This document shows, one piece after another, positions 19,763 to 29,547 of a DNA stretch of 64,000 nt. Position numbers and translations under genes: made by a program. How positions within the stretch are numbered: the stretch's first letter is position 1; each line of letters starts with the position of its first letter. The DNA comes from Myxococcota bacterium (GTDB taxonomy: Bacteria; Myxococcota_A; UBA9160; UBA4427), in NCBI GenBank assembly GCA_965250285.1, contig OZ252299.1, positions 5,120,001-5,184,000 on the forward strand, given 5' to 3'. The notes under the pieces were generated by a model. The model was not told where the DNA came from. It saw only the letters and a list, made by a program, of their open reading frames with translations, and did no database searches.

Positions 19763-20233
19763 CTAGTCCCTGAAGTACACGTACACGAGGTCACCCTGGA
19801 GCGCGGGCTTCGTCTCGCCCTCGATCTCGACGTTCACGCCGATGGTCACGTGCGCCATCTCGCCTCGCATGACTTTCGCCTTCTTCAACGTTGCGGTGAG
19901 CCGCACGCGGCTGCCCGCGCGCACGGGCGCCTTGAGCTTCAGCTTCTCGACGCCGCTGTTGATGACGCGCGTGACGCCATCGACGACGACGAGCTGCGAG
20001 AGCAGGCCGGGCACCAACGAGAGCGTGAGGTAGCCATGGGCGATCGTGCCGCCGAAGGGCGACTCCTTCTCGGCGCGCTCGGGATCGACGTGAATCCACT
20101 GGTGGTCGCCGGTTGCGTCGGCGAAGGCGTCGATCATCGACTGCGGCACCTCGACCCAGTCGGTCGCGCCGAGGTCTTCGTTCTCGAGGTCGGCCAATGC
20201 GTCGATGGACGCGACGATGCGCGGCTCGCTCAC
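19763..20233 (-). CDS. MaoC family dehydratase
   Basis: [18 protein letters not shown] and [14 protein letters not shown] start overlaps the upstream stop. Confidence 0.9.
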   Translation of the reverse strand: MSEPRIVASIDALADLENEDLGATDWVEVPQSMIDAFADATGDHQWIHVDPERAEKESPFGGTIAHGYLTLSLVPGLLSQLVVVDGVTRVINSGVEKLKLKAPVRAGSRVRLTATLKKAKVMRGEMAHVTIGVNVEIEGETKPALQGDLVYVYFRD

Positions 20234-20535
20234 GCGGTCGCCACCGCTTCGGCGAATGCGCTCATGCGCGTGGCCAGCTCGAAGTCGAGCGCGCTGAGTC
20301 CACCGGCGTCGTGAGTCGTGAGGTCGACGCGCACGGTCGCATAGACGTTGAACCACTCGGGGTGGTGATCGAGCTGCTCGGCGACGAGCGCGGCGCGCGT
20401 CATGAACGCGAACGCTTCATTGAAGTCGCCGAACGAGAACGTGCGGTGAAGCTTGCCGTCCTCGATCGACCAACCGGGCAGCTGGGCCAGGCGACGGTCG
20501 ACCTCGGTGGCATCGAGCTTCTGCGGGCGGGCCAT
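20230..20535 (-). CDS. phhB: Pterin-4a-carbinolamine dehydratase
   Basis: [14 protein letters not shown]...[13 protein letters not shown] signature. Confidence 0.92.
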   Translation of the reverse strand: MARPQKLDATEVDRRLAQLPGWSIEDGKLHRTFSFGDFNEAFAFMTRAALVAEQLDHHPEWFNVYATVRVDLTTHDAGGLSALDFELATRMSAFAEAVATA

Positions 20536-20543
20536 GACGGGGC

Positions 20544-21938
20544 TCAGGATTCGTCGCGACGGATCGCGCGCTCGAACGCGTCGAACAGCGCGCTGCGAAT
20601 CTGCGCCTTGTCCGCGCGTCCGTAGATCTCGCGGAACGCCTTGAGCGGGATGATGCCCTTCGCCATCGATCGATGCCCGCCGCCAACCCCGAGACCCTCG
20701 ACCACGGCGCGCACCACCTCGCCCGCAGCACGGACGTAGCCGACGTTGCGCACCGAGAAGACGAGGTTCGGTCCCACGGTGCCGACGGCAACGGCCCACT
20801 CGGCTCCTTCGGCCTGCAGCGCCATGTCGGCGACCTGCGGGATCACGTCTTCGCGCACGCGACCGAGCACGAGCATGTGGATGCCGTCGCGTACCTCGGC
20901 CTTGGCGAGCGCGCGGCCCAGCGCTCGCAAGCCATCGAGCGGCAGCGCCGGCCGCTCGATGCGGCGCAGCAGCGCCGGACTGTGCGCTGCGTGGAGATAG
21001 GCGAAGGAGAGCATGTCGCGGCGGCCGGTCTCGCGACCGAGGTACTGCGTGTCGCTCTTGATGCCGTAGAGCAGGGCCGTCGCCAGGCGCGGCCCGAGCT
21101 CGGCCCCGACCGCCTGCAGGTACTCGGTAAAGATGGTTGCGGTCGCCCCGTACGATGTTCGGATGTCCTTGATCGTCGACTCGTAGCCCGTGCGCTCGGG
21201 ATGATGGTCGATCACCGCGTCGATCTGCTTCACGCGCTCGGGTGCGTTCTCGCCGAAGACGTTCGGTTGCACGTCGACGAGCACGAGCCCGTCCATTTCT
21301 TCGAGCTCTTCCGGCGTGATGACGCGAATCTCGATGCCGAGTGCGTCGGCCAGGGCCCGGTTCTCGGGTCGCTGCACCTCGCCGAACGAGATGAGCGGCG
21401 CGGTCGTACGCTTTCGGCCGAGCAGCGATCGCAGCGCATAGCCGCTCGCGATGCCGTCGGGATCGGGGTCGGGCTGGAGCAGGATCCCCACCTTCTCTCG
21501 CGCGTCGAGCAGGCGTCGCAGCTCGACGACGCGACGCAGATTCGCGAGATGGTCGAACTGGTCGTCGATGTCGTCGCGGATCAGCGTCTTCAGGCCGCAG
21601 AGGCGCAGACGCGAGTGATCGGGGAGGTCGTCGTCGGAGGTGCCGTCCGAGAGGACGAGCACCGAGGCGTCGGGGCTCGCCTTCGCGAGCTCGCGCACGG
21701 CCGAGCGCAGCCACGGGCCGTCGTCGCTCGCGAGCGCCACGTCGTCACCCGGCTGGATCTCGAGCTTCGCGAAGGCGTCCTCGGTGAGTCCGCCCTGGAG
21801 CATCTTGAAGCCGGGGGGCCGCGCGCGGCCATCTTCTTCACGCGGGACCCAGGTCAGGATCTCGCTCTCGTCGGCGCCGATCCGGGCCCAGAGCCGGGCG
21901 TTGTCCGCCCCGTCGCAGACGATGATCCGCCGTCCCAC
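20544..21938 (-). CDS. DHH family phosphoesterase with extra N-terminal domain
   Basis: [22 protein letters not shown] and DHHA1 GGGHRSMA. Confidence 0.88.
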   Translation of the reverse strand: MGRRIIVCDGADNARLWARIGADESEILTWVPREEDGRARPPGFKMLQGGLTEDAFAKLEIQPGDDVALASDDGPWLRSAVRELAKASPDASVLVLSDGTSDDDLPDHSRLRLCGLKTLIRDDIDDQFDHLANLRRVVELRRLLDAREKVGILLQPDPDPDGIASGYALRSLLGRKRTTAPLISFGEVQRPENRALADALGIEIRVITPEELEEMDGLVLVDVQPNVFGENAPERVKQIDAVIDHHPERTGYESTIKDIRTSYGATATIFTEYLQAVGAELGPRLATALLYGIKSDTQYLGRETGRRDMLSFAYLHAAHSPALLRRIERPALPLDGLRALGRALAKAEVRDGIHMLVLGRVREDVIPQVADMALQAEGAEWAVAVGTVGPNLVFSVRNVGYVRAAGEVVRAVVEGLGVGGGHRSMAKGIIPLKAFREIYGRADKAQIRSALFDAFERAIRRDES

Positions 21939-22479
21939 TTGCTTCCCCGTCTCTCTCTTCGGTCTCGTCGCTCTGGCCGGTCTCAGTGCTCGTGGCGCGC
22001 TTCGGGCGCGGCACGTGCGCTCCTCGACCGTGCGCCCCGCTGCACGGTGCCCCCTTCGAACGCTCGATCGCCCGGCCGTGCGTCGACCACCCGGTGGGTC
22101 GAATCGGCCGCTCGGTGACGGCGTCGTCGAGAGCGGCGGGAGTCTAGCATCTCACCCCCACAGGCCCGCGCGAGTCGGTGGCTGCTTGGGACACACCTCG
22201 AGTCGACGTCGAGCGCGCCTCGGGCCCCGTGATCGGCATCGCTGCCGGGCCGTCGCCGATCTGTCGCACGCTGGCGTCACCGGGCTACCCCGGCATCGCG
22301 TCTGCGTGCCGCACGACTTGCTCGGATGCCTCTGCCCGGCCTGCGCGATGTCCGCTATCCAATGGTTCGGGGGTGAGGGGGCGTGCGCGAATGAGGCTGC
22401 TCTTCATGCGGACGGATCGGTTCGGGGCCCACGCCGGCGTCGACGCCCATGCCCATGCCCACGCGCGAAGGGGCGACAC

Positions 22480-23721
22480 ATGAATGGTCCGCCCCGCATC
22501 ATTCAAGATCCTGCAGATAGCCCCGACGAGGAGCTCGTCGAGCTCCCGATCGAGGACGAGTTCGACCTGCATCACTTCCGACCCGAGGAGCGGCTCGAGA
22601 TGCTCGAGGGCTATCTCGAGGCCGCCAGCGAGCGTGGCTTCGATGAGGTCCGCATCATCCATGGCCGCGGCCGCGGCGTCGCGCGCGCCGAGGTCCAGGC
22701 CTTCCTCGAGGACGATCCGCGCGTCGTCTCGAGCGTCGAAGCCGAGCCCGGTCGAGGCGGTTGGGGCGCGACGCTCGCCCGACTCGATGCATGTGCCGAG
22801 CCCGACCGCGTCGATGGCCAACCCGTCTTCGTCGGCGACATCCAGGGCTGCGCGCAGGAGTTCGAAGAGCTGCTCGCGCGCGTCGAGCGCGCCTTCGGGA
22901 GCGAATACCGCCTCTACGTGGCTGGAGACGCCATCAATCGGGGTCACCACAATCTGCAGGTGCTCGAGCGCATCCGCGAGCGCGTCGAGCTCGGACGCGG
23001 CGAGATGGTGCTCGGAAACCACGAGATCCACATGCTGCGTGTGGCCCTCGAGCTGCAGGAGCCCGACGCGAACCACACGTTTCACGATGTGCTCGAGTCG
23101 CGGGAGCGAGACGATTGGGTTCGCTGGGTGCTCGGGCGCCCGCTCGCCGCCCACGGCTGGGTCAGGGGCGCGCGCTGGGTCATGGTGCACGCATCGGTGC
23201 ATCCCGACTGGGGTTGGGCCGACGCGATTCGCGCCTCGCGTCGCGTCGAGCGGGTGCTGTCGTCGCCCGACGCCGCCGCCGTCGGCGATCTGCTCGCGCT
23301 TCGGCCCCAGGAGCTGCCGCGACGGGGCAGCCCGCGCGATCTGCTCGGGCGCATGACCAGCGCCCGGGTCGTGAAGGGGGCGAGATCGCGCTGGTCGAGT
23401 CGCCAGCCGAGCGAGGTCGAGGGCGAGCCGTGGCACGAGGTCTGGCAATCGCGTGGCCACGACTACGGCGTCATCTACGGCCACTGGGCCACCCAGGGCC
23501 TGCGGGTCGTGCCCGGCCTGCGTGGCCTCGACTCGGGCTGCATCCACCATGGCCGGCGGGGCGTCGGGCACCTGAGCGGCTGGGTGCCCCAGGTGCGGCC
23601 CGGCGAACCGAGCCGGGGCTTCGACACGCCGGATGATGACGTCTGGCAGGTGCGCGCCCGGTATCGCCGCAATGGACGCCGGCATCGCAACCGGGCGCCC
23701 GTGGCCGCGATCGGCGGCTGA
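22480..23721 (+). CDS. Smr domain fused to ApaH-like metallophosphoesterase
   Basis: N-terminal DLH, IIHGRGRG and GGWGAT (Smr), in frame with GDIQGC, GDAINRG, LGNHE, VHA, YGHWA and LDSGC (ApaH/PPP family). Confidence 0.85.
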   Translation: MNGPPRIIQDPADSPDEELVELPIEDEFDLHHFRPEERLEMLEGYLEAASERGFDEVRIIHGRGRGVARAEVQAFLEDDPRVVSSVEAEPGRGGWGATLARLDACAEPDRVDGQPVFVGDIQGCAQEFEELLARVERAFGSEYRLYVAGDAINRGHHNLQVLERIRERVELGRGEMVLGNHEIHMLRVALELQEPDANHTFHDVLESRERDDWVRWVLGRPLAAHGWVRGARWVMVHASVHPDWGWADAIRASRRVERVLSSPDAAAVGDLLALRPQELPRRGSPRDLLGRMTSARVVKGARSRWSSRQPSEVEGEPWHEVWQSRGHDYGVIYGHWATQGLRVVPGLRGLDSGCIHHGRRGVGHLSGWVPQVRPGEPSRGFDTPDDDVWQVRARYRRNGRRHRNRAPVAAIGG

Positions 23722-23849
23722 CGGGCCCGATGCCGCTTGCGGGGCCGGGCTCGATTGCCCCGCGGGTCACCCTCTCGGCCAGCTGACGTGGGTTAGACTC
23801 CCCGCCCCGTGCGCGCCGAGCGCCATTTTCAGCCATGGAGCAGAGCGCC

Positions 23850-24119
23850 ATGCCCATCGTCCTGATCCCCACTGCGTATCGTGGCCCTACGAAGGGCGTC
23901 GCCGAGGTCGAGGTGGCGGCCGGCTCGGCGCGCGCCTGTCTCGAGGCAGTCGACGCCGAGCACCCCGGCTTCGGTGACCTGGTTTTCGACAAGGAAGGCG
24001 GGCTCCACCGCTTCGTGACGCTCTTCATCAACGGCGACCAGCTCGACGACGCGCCGCTCGACCAGAGCGTCGGCGAAGCCGACCGCCTCGAGGTGCTCGC
24101 GGCGATCGCCGGGGGCTGA
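23850..24119 (+). CDS. MoaD/ThiS family sulfur carrier
   Basis: About 89 aa ubiquitin-like protein ending IAGG. GGAG SD. Confidence 0.9.
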   Translation: MPIVLIPTAYRGPTKGVAEVEVAAGSARACLEAVDAEHPGFGDLVFDKEGGLHRFVTLFINGDQLDDAPLDQSVGEADRLEVLAAIAGG

Positions 24120-24265
24120 CCTACGCCCTGTGCGTTGTGCCCGGGCTGGGTTATCCAATACAGGCTCGGCGCAGGGCGCAGCCCGCGGCTCGCCGATCTC
24201 ACATCCGGCCTCGTGAACGACGCCGGCACGAATCTCCAACCCGATCCTTGGAAGGAGCGCATCCC

Positions 24266-26002
24266 ATGGCAGGACCCGAAGGCGACCAGCTGATCTACGT
24301 CGACATGACGAACCAGACCGTTGAGTTGAAGCCCTTCCCCGACGAGTGGAAGCTGCTCGGCGGGCGCGGTCTCTCGGCGAAGATCCTGCTGCAGGAATGC
24401 GATCCGACCTGTGATCCGCTCGGCCCCGACAACGTGCTCGTGATGGCGCCCGGTGTGCTCTCGGGCACCACCGCCCCGACCTCGGGCCGCATCTCGATCG
24501 GCGGCAAGAGCCCGCTGACGAACGGCATCAAGGAAGCCAATGCCGGTGGCAATCCGGGCCAGGATCTCATGAAGCTCGGCTACCGAGCGATCGTCGTGAA
24601 GGGTCAGCCTGCCGATGCCGAGAAGCGCTACGGCCTGCGTGTCGACGTGGGCAAGACGCCCGAGATCGTCTCCGCAGACGAAGAGAAGGGCATGTGGAAC
24701 TACGCCCTCTGCGCGAAGCTGCTCGAAGGCGAGAGCAAGAACGCCAGCGTGATCTCGATCGGTCCCGCCGGTGAGCTCAAGCTCTCGGGCGCCTCGGTCG
24801 CGTGCACCGACCAGGACAAGGAGCGCCGCCCGGCACGCCATGCTGCGCGCGGTGGTCTCGGCGCCGTGATGGGCTCGAAGGGCCTCAAGTACGTGCTGGT
24901 CGACCCGGGCAAGTCCAAGACCCGCTCGCCCGCAGCCACGAAGGACTTCACGACCCACACGAAGCAGTACTCGAAGGAGTACCTCGACGGTCCCCAGATG
25001 ATGGGCAAGGGTACCGCCAACGTCGTGCCGGTGGCGAACATGCTCCACACGTTCGTCTACAAGAACCGCACCGAGGGTCAGAGCCCCGACGCGCACGACC
25101 TGAGCGGTGAGCGCATCCACGAGAACTTCGAAGAGCGCGGTGGCGGCATGCACAACTGCATGACCGGCTGCATCGTGCGCTGCTCGAACGTCGTGCACGA
25201 TCCCGACGGCAACTACAAGACGAGCGCGCTCGAGTTCGAGACGCTCACGCTGCTGGGCGCTTCCTGCGCGATCAAGACCTACGACGAGGTCGCCGAGCTC
25301 GATCGCCTGTGCGACGAGATCGGCCTCGATACGATCGAGACCGGCGCGGCCATCGCGATCCTGATGGATTCGGGCGGCATGGAGTGGGGCGACTCGACCG
25401 GTGCGATGAACGTGCTGAAGGAGATCGCCGAGGGCACCGAGCTCGGTCGCGCGATCGGCAACGGTGCGGTCGCCACCGGCAAGTACCGCAAGCACGACCG
25501 CGTGCCCCACGCGCGCGGTCAGGCGATCCCGGCCTGGGATCCGCGGCCGCTCAAGGCCACGGGTGTCACCTACTGCACTTCGGCCATGGGAGCGGATCAC
25601 ACCGCGGGACTGATCGTCAACCCGGGCATGCAGCCGCCCGAGTTCGCCCAGGCGAGCCAGGAGGTGCAGCTCGTCAACGCGGTGTGTGACAGCTCGGGGT
25701 TCTGCCAGTTCCTCGGCCCCACCCTCGACGACATCCGTGCCTACTACTCGCTGCTGTACGGCGAGGAGATCTCGCGCGAGCAGATCGCCGACCAGGGCTG
25801 GCAGATCATGCTCGACGAGTGGGAGTTCAACGAGAAGGCGGGCTGGAAGGCCGAAGACGACGTGCTTTCGGATCCGCTCGTGAACGAGGGCATCGGCCCC
25901 GACAACGTCATGAAGTTCGACGTCGAGCCCGACATCATCGCGCAGGCGAAGCAGCGCTTCCCGATCCGCGACGAGCTCTTCGTGACGAAGGCGTCGGGCT
26001 GA
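24266..26002 (+). CDS. aor: Aldehyde:ferredoxin oxidoreductase family (tungstopterin) enzyme
   Basis: LGGRGL, KSPLT, IGPAGE, RGGLGAVMGSKGLK, Fe-S motif CMTGCIVRC, EFET, CDEIGLDTI and DSSGFC. Confidence 0.92.
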   Translation: MAGPEGDQLIYVDMTNQTVELKPFPDEWKLLGGRGLSAKILLQECDPTCDPLGPDNVLVMAPGVLSGTTAPTSGRISIGGKSPLTNGIKEANAGGNPGQDLMKLGYRAIVVKGQPADAEKRYGLRVDVGKTPEIVSADEEKGMWNYALCAKLLEGESKNASVISIGPAGELKLSGASVACTDQDKERRPARHAARGGLGAVMGSKGLKYVLVDPGKSKTRSPAATKDFTTHTKQYSKEYLDGPQMMGKGTANVVPVANMLHTFVYKNRTEGQSPDAHDLSGERIHENFEERGGGMHNCMTGCIVRCSNVVHDPDGNYKTSALEFETLTLLGASCAIKTYDEVAELDRLCDEIGLDTIETGAAIAILMDSGGMEWGDSTGAMNVLKEIAEGTELGRAIGNGAVATGKYRKHDRVPHARGQAIPAWDPRPLKATGVTYCTSAMGADHTAGLIVNPGMQPPEFAQASQEVQLVNAVCDSSGFCQFLGPTLDDIRAYYSLLYGEEISREQIADQGWQIMLDEWEFNEKAGWKAEDDVLSDPLVNEGIGPDNVMKFDVEPDIIAQAKQRFPIRDELFVTKASG

Positions 26003-26030
26003 CGCCGATCACGCACTCGACGAAACCGTG

Positions 26031-26066
26031 ACGGGCAGGGGGGCGACCCCCTGCCCGTTTGTCGTT
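26031..26066 (+). terminator. Stem-loop after aor (terminator or mRNA stabiliser)
   Basis: 12-bp stem ACGGGCAGGGGG/CCCCCTGCCCGT with GCGA loop and a weak T-tail. Confidence 0.6.
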
Positions 26067-26121
26067 CGAGTCGCGGAGGACCGAACATGCGCGATCGGCG
26101 CATGAGAGAGGAGACGGCCCC

Positions 26122-27360
26122 ATGCGCGACGTGCGCATGAAGGGGTTCGCCGAGCGGGCGGACGTCGAAGAGGTCGACGAATTCCTCGCGTCGCACACGG
26201 GCGCGCTCGCCGCCGAGTCGGTCCCGTTGCTCGCGTGCGTGGGGCGCGTCCTCGCCGTCGACGTGACCGCGCGCGTCGACGTGCCGGGGTTCCGACGATC
26301 GGCGATGGACGGCTACGCCGTGCGCGGCGAAGAGACCTTCGGTGCGAGCGCGTACGATCCGATTGCGCTCGCGATCGTCGGTCTGTCGTTGCCGGGTTCG
26401 CCTCATGACGGTGCGCTCGCACCCGGCCGGGCCGTGCGCATCATGACGGGCGCGCCCGTACCGGAGGGCGCCGATGCGGTCGTGATGGCCGAGGTGTGCG
26501 AGGAGCGCGACGGTCGCGTCGAGATCACCGAGCCGGTTGCGCCCACCAAGAACGTCGGCGTGATCGGCGAGGACATACGAAGCGGTGATGTGGTGCTGCG
26601 CGCGGGCCGCCGACTGCGCCCGCAGGATGCCGGGTTGCTCTCGTCGATCGGCGCTTCGATGGTCTCGTGTGTTCGCCGCCCGCGCGTGCGGCTGATCGTG
26701 ACCGGCGACGAGCTGCTCGAAGCGGGGAGCACGCCGTCGGGCTCGCACATCGTCGACAGCAACTCGGTGGTCCTGCGCGCCCTGGTGGCACGCGACGGCG
26801 GCGATGCGCTGCCGTTCGAGATCCTGCCCGACGTGCCGGAGCGCATTCGCGACGCGCTCTGCGACGCCGACGCCGACGTCGTGCTCGTATCGGGCGGCAG
26901 CTCGGTCGGGCAGGAGGATCACGCGCCGCGCCTGCTGGCCGAGGTCGGCGAGCTCGACTTCCACGGCATCTCGATGCGCCCGTCGAGCCCGACGGGCGTC
27001 GGCCGCATCGGCGATACGTTCGTCTTCTTGTTGCCGGGCAACCCGGTCAGCTGTCTCGCCGCCTACGAGTTCTTTGCCGGACCGACATTGCGCGCGCTCG
27101 GGGGGCGTCCGCGACGCTGGCCGCATCGGCGCCTCGAGCTGCCGCTCGGCCGCAAGATCGCGTCGGCCATCGGGCGCACCGACTACGTTCGGGTCGCGGT
27201 CGAAGACGGTCGAGCGATCCCGCTCGCCACATCGGGCGCCTCGATCCTGTCGTCGACGGTGCGTGCTGCGGGTGCCGTGATCGTGCCGCGCGAGCTCGAA
27301 GGGATGCCAGAGGGGGCCGTGGTCGAGGTGCTGGCCTACGACGAGGACGCAGAGGAATGA
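26122..27360 (+). CDS. moeA: Molybdopterin molybdotransferase MoeA
   Basis: SAMDGYA, IMTGAPVP.GADAV, TGDEL, SGGSSVG and LPGNP. Confidence 0.93.
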   Translation: MRDVRMKGFAERADVEEVDEFLASHTGALAAESVPLLACVGRVLAVDVTARVDVPGFRRSAMDGYAVRGEETFGASAYDPIALAIVGLSLPGSPHDGALAPGRAVRIMTGAPVPEGADAVVMAEVCEERDGRVEITEPVAPTKNVGVIGEDIRSGDVVLRAGRRLRPQDAGLLSSIGASMVSCVRRPRVRLIVTGDELLEAGSTPSGSHIVDSNSVVLRALVARDGGDALPFEILPDVPERIRDALCDADADVVLVSGGSSVGQEDHAPRLLAEVGELDFHGISMRPSSPTGVGRIGDTFVFLLPGNPVSCLAAYEFFAGPTLRALGGRPRRWPHRRLELPLGRKIASAIGRTDYVRVAVEDGRAIPLATSGASILSSTVRAAGAVIVPRELEGMPEGAVVEVLAYDEDAEE

Positions 27361-29291
27361 AGCAGCAGCAGTTCCTCGAAGTGCTCGACCGGGACGAGGC
27401 CGAAGCGCGCTGGCGAGCGGTGATCGACGCCTCGCCGCGCGGCGTCGAGACGGTGGTGCTCGCGCACGCCCTCGGCCGAGTGCTGGCCGAGCACGTCGCG
27501 ACCGACGTCGACGTGCCGGGCTTCGACCGCTCGAACATGGACGGCTTCGCCGTGCGCGCCGCCGATACGTTCGGCGCGAGCGAAGAAGAGCCGATTCGGT
27601 TGAGGAAGAACGCCGAGATCCTGCCGACCGGCGTGACGCCGACCGAGGAGGTCGCGCCGGGCACCGCGACTCTGATCGCGACCGGCGGCATGTTGCCTCG
27701 GGGCGCCGATGCCGTGGTGCCCGTCGAGATGACCGACGTCGACGCCGCCGACCCCGACGTGGTGATCGTGCGCGGCATGCGCGCGCCCGGCGCAGCGATC
27801 TCGTACGCCGGCACCGACATGGGCATGGGCGAGACGGTGCTGTTCGAAGGCACGCATCTCACTTCGCGCGAGACGGGTGTACTCGCCGCCATCGGCCGAG
27901 ATTCCGTCGCGGTGGTGCGGCGACCGAAGGTCGCGATCCTCTCGACGGGCGACGAGGTCGTGCAGCCCGGCGCCGCGATGCGACCGGGCCTCGTCTACGA
28001 CAGCAACGGTCGGATCCTCGCCGACGCCGTCGCCGAGCTCGGCGCCGAGCCGTGGTTCCTCGGGGTCGTGCCCGACGATCTCGATGCGGTGCGCGAGGCG
28101 CTCGACCGCGCCATCGCGGGCGCCGACATGGTGCTGCTCTCAGGGGGCACGTCGAAGGGCGAGGGCGACCTCAACGCCAAGGTCGTGACTGAGCTCGACC
28201 CGGGCGTGGTGGTGCACGGCGTGGCGCTCAAGCCGGGCAAGCCGATCTGTCTGGCGGCCGAGGGCGACAAGCCCGTGGTGATCCTGCCCGGGTTTCCGAC
28301 GTCGGCGATCTTCACCTTCCACGAGTTCGTCGCCCCCGTGATTCGAGAGATGGCGGGTCACGCAACGGGCGAGCGCGCGACGCGCCCCGCGCGTCTCGCG
28401 CAGAAGGTCGTGTCGGAGCGCGGGCGCCTCGAGTATCTGCTCGTGGGCCTCGTGCACGACGACGCCGGCGGCCTCGCGGCCTATCCGATGGGCAAGGGCA
28501 GCGGCAGCGTCACGTCGTTCAGCCGCGCCGACGGCTTCGTTCGGGTCGGCCGCAACACGGAGATCGTCGAAGCCGACGCCCCCGTGGACGTCACGCTGGT
28601 CGGACACGACCTCGACGTCGCCGATCTCGTCGTGATCGGCAGCCACTGCACCGGTCTCGATCTGATCGCCGCGGCGCTCGCGCGGCAGGGCCACCGGCTG
28701 AAGGTGTTGTCGGTCGGCAGTCAGGGTGGTCTCTCGGCAGCGAAGCGGGGGGAGTGCGACGTCGCGCCCATGCACCTGCTCGATCCCGAGACCGGCACGT
28801 ACAACGCGCCCTTTCTCGACGCGTCGCTTCGGCTGCTGCCCGGGTACACGCGCATGCAGGGTGTCGTGACCCGGCCCGACGACACGCGCGACATCGACGA
28901 GATCCTGGCCGACCCGTCGGCGCGCATGGTGAACCGCAACCGGGGCGCCGGCACCCGCGTGCTGATCGATGAGCTGCTCGGTGAGCGGCGCCCCCCCGGC
29001 TTCGCCTACGAGCCCAGATCACACCATGCGGTGTCAGCCGCCGTCACCCAGAAGCGAGCCGATTGGGGCGTGACGATCGAGAGCGTCGCGCGGCAGGCGG
29101 GCCTCGGGTTCCGGCCGCTGCGTCGGGAGCGGTACGACTTCGCCATACCCGCGGGCCGCTGGAATCGTCCGGCCGTCATCGCCCTGCGCCAGCTGCTCGA
29201 ACCGGGCAGCGACGTGCGCACGGCGCTGGCCGAGCGCGGCTTCGGGGCACCCGAGGCGCCCGCGGACCCGGCGAGGGCGGTGGACCGTTGA
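27357..29291 (+). CDS. MoeA fused to C-terminal PBP/LysR-substrate-binding-like domain
   Basis: SNMDGFA, STGDE and LPGFP, then GSHC, VGSQGG, NRNRGAGTR and ERYDF. ATGA overlap with moeA. Confidence 0.9.
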   Translation: MKQQQFLEVLDRDEAEARWRAVIDASPRGVETVVLAHALGRVLAEHVATDVDVPGFDRSNMDGFAVRAADTFGASEEEPIRLRKNAEILPTGVTPTEEVAPGTATLIATGGMLPRGADAVVPVEMTDVDAADPDVVIVRGMRAPGAAISYAGTDMGMGETVLFEGTHLTSRETGVLAAIGRDSVAVVRRPKVAILSTGDEVVQPGAAMRPGLVYDSNGRILADAVAELGAEPWFLGVVPDDLDAVREALDRAIAGADMVLLSGGTSKGEGDLNAKVVTELDPGVVVHGVALKPGKPICLAAEGDKPVVILPGFPTSAIFTFHEFVAPVIREMAGHATGERATRPARLAQKVVSERGRLEYLLVGLVHDDAGGLAAYPMGKGSGSVTSFSRADGFVRVGRNTEIVEADAPVDVTLVGHDLDVADLVVIGSHCTGLDLIAAALARQGHRLKVLSVGSQGGLSAAKRGECDVAPMHLLDPETGTYNAPFLDASLRLLPGYTRMQGVVTRPDDTRDIDEILADPSARMVNRNRGAGTRVLIDELLGERRPPGFAYEPRSHHAVSAAVTQKRADWGVTIESVARQAGLGFRPLRRERYDFAIPAGRWNRPAVIALRQLLEPGSDVRTALAERGFGAPEAPADPARAVDR

Positions 29292-29547
29292 TGGCACCCG
29301 GGCGTCGCGTTAGCTTGAACCGAGCCATGAGCGAAGCCAGTCCACCTAGCCAGAGCGGGCCACCCGGCCCGGCCCTCCTGGCCCCCGACGACAACGAGCC
29401 CGCCCAACCGGTGAGGTGCCCGCGCTCCCCGTTCGCGCGATTGGGTCGACTTCGCCCCAGCCGGGCGACGCGTCGCGTGGCCCGTCGTCGGTCCCGCGCG
29501 AAATCCGCTCAGCTTCGACTGCGTGCGTCCCGAATAGAGAGTGACTC

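Noticed and set aside
21640..22479. N-terminal extension of the Smr-ApaH ORF (and similarly 26667-27356 for the second MoeA)
   Set aside because: The extensions overlap other genes and are low-complexity Arg/Pro/Ala-rich; downstream ATGs fit the domain starts.
23722..23849. Moco/Wco riboswitch upstream of moaD-aor
   Set aside because: I could not identify the conserved multi-stem motif by eye; an Infernal scan would settle it.
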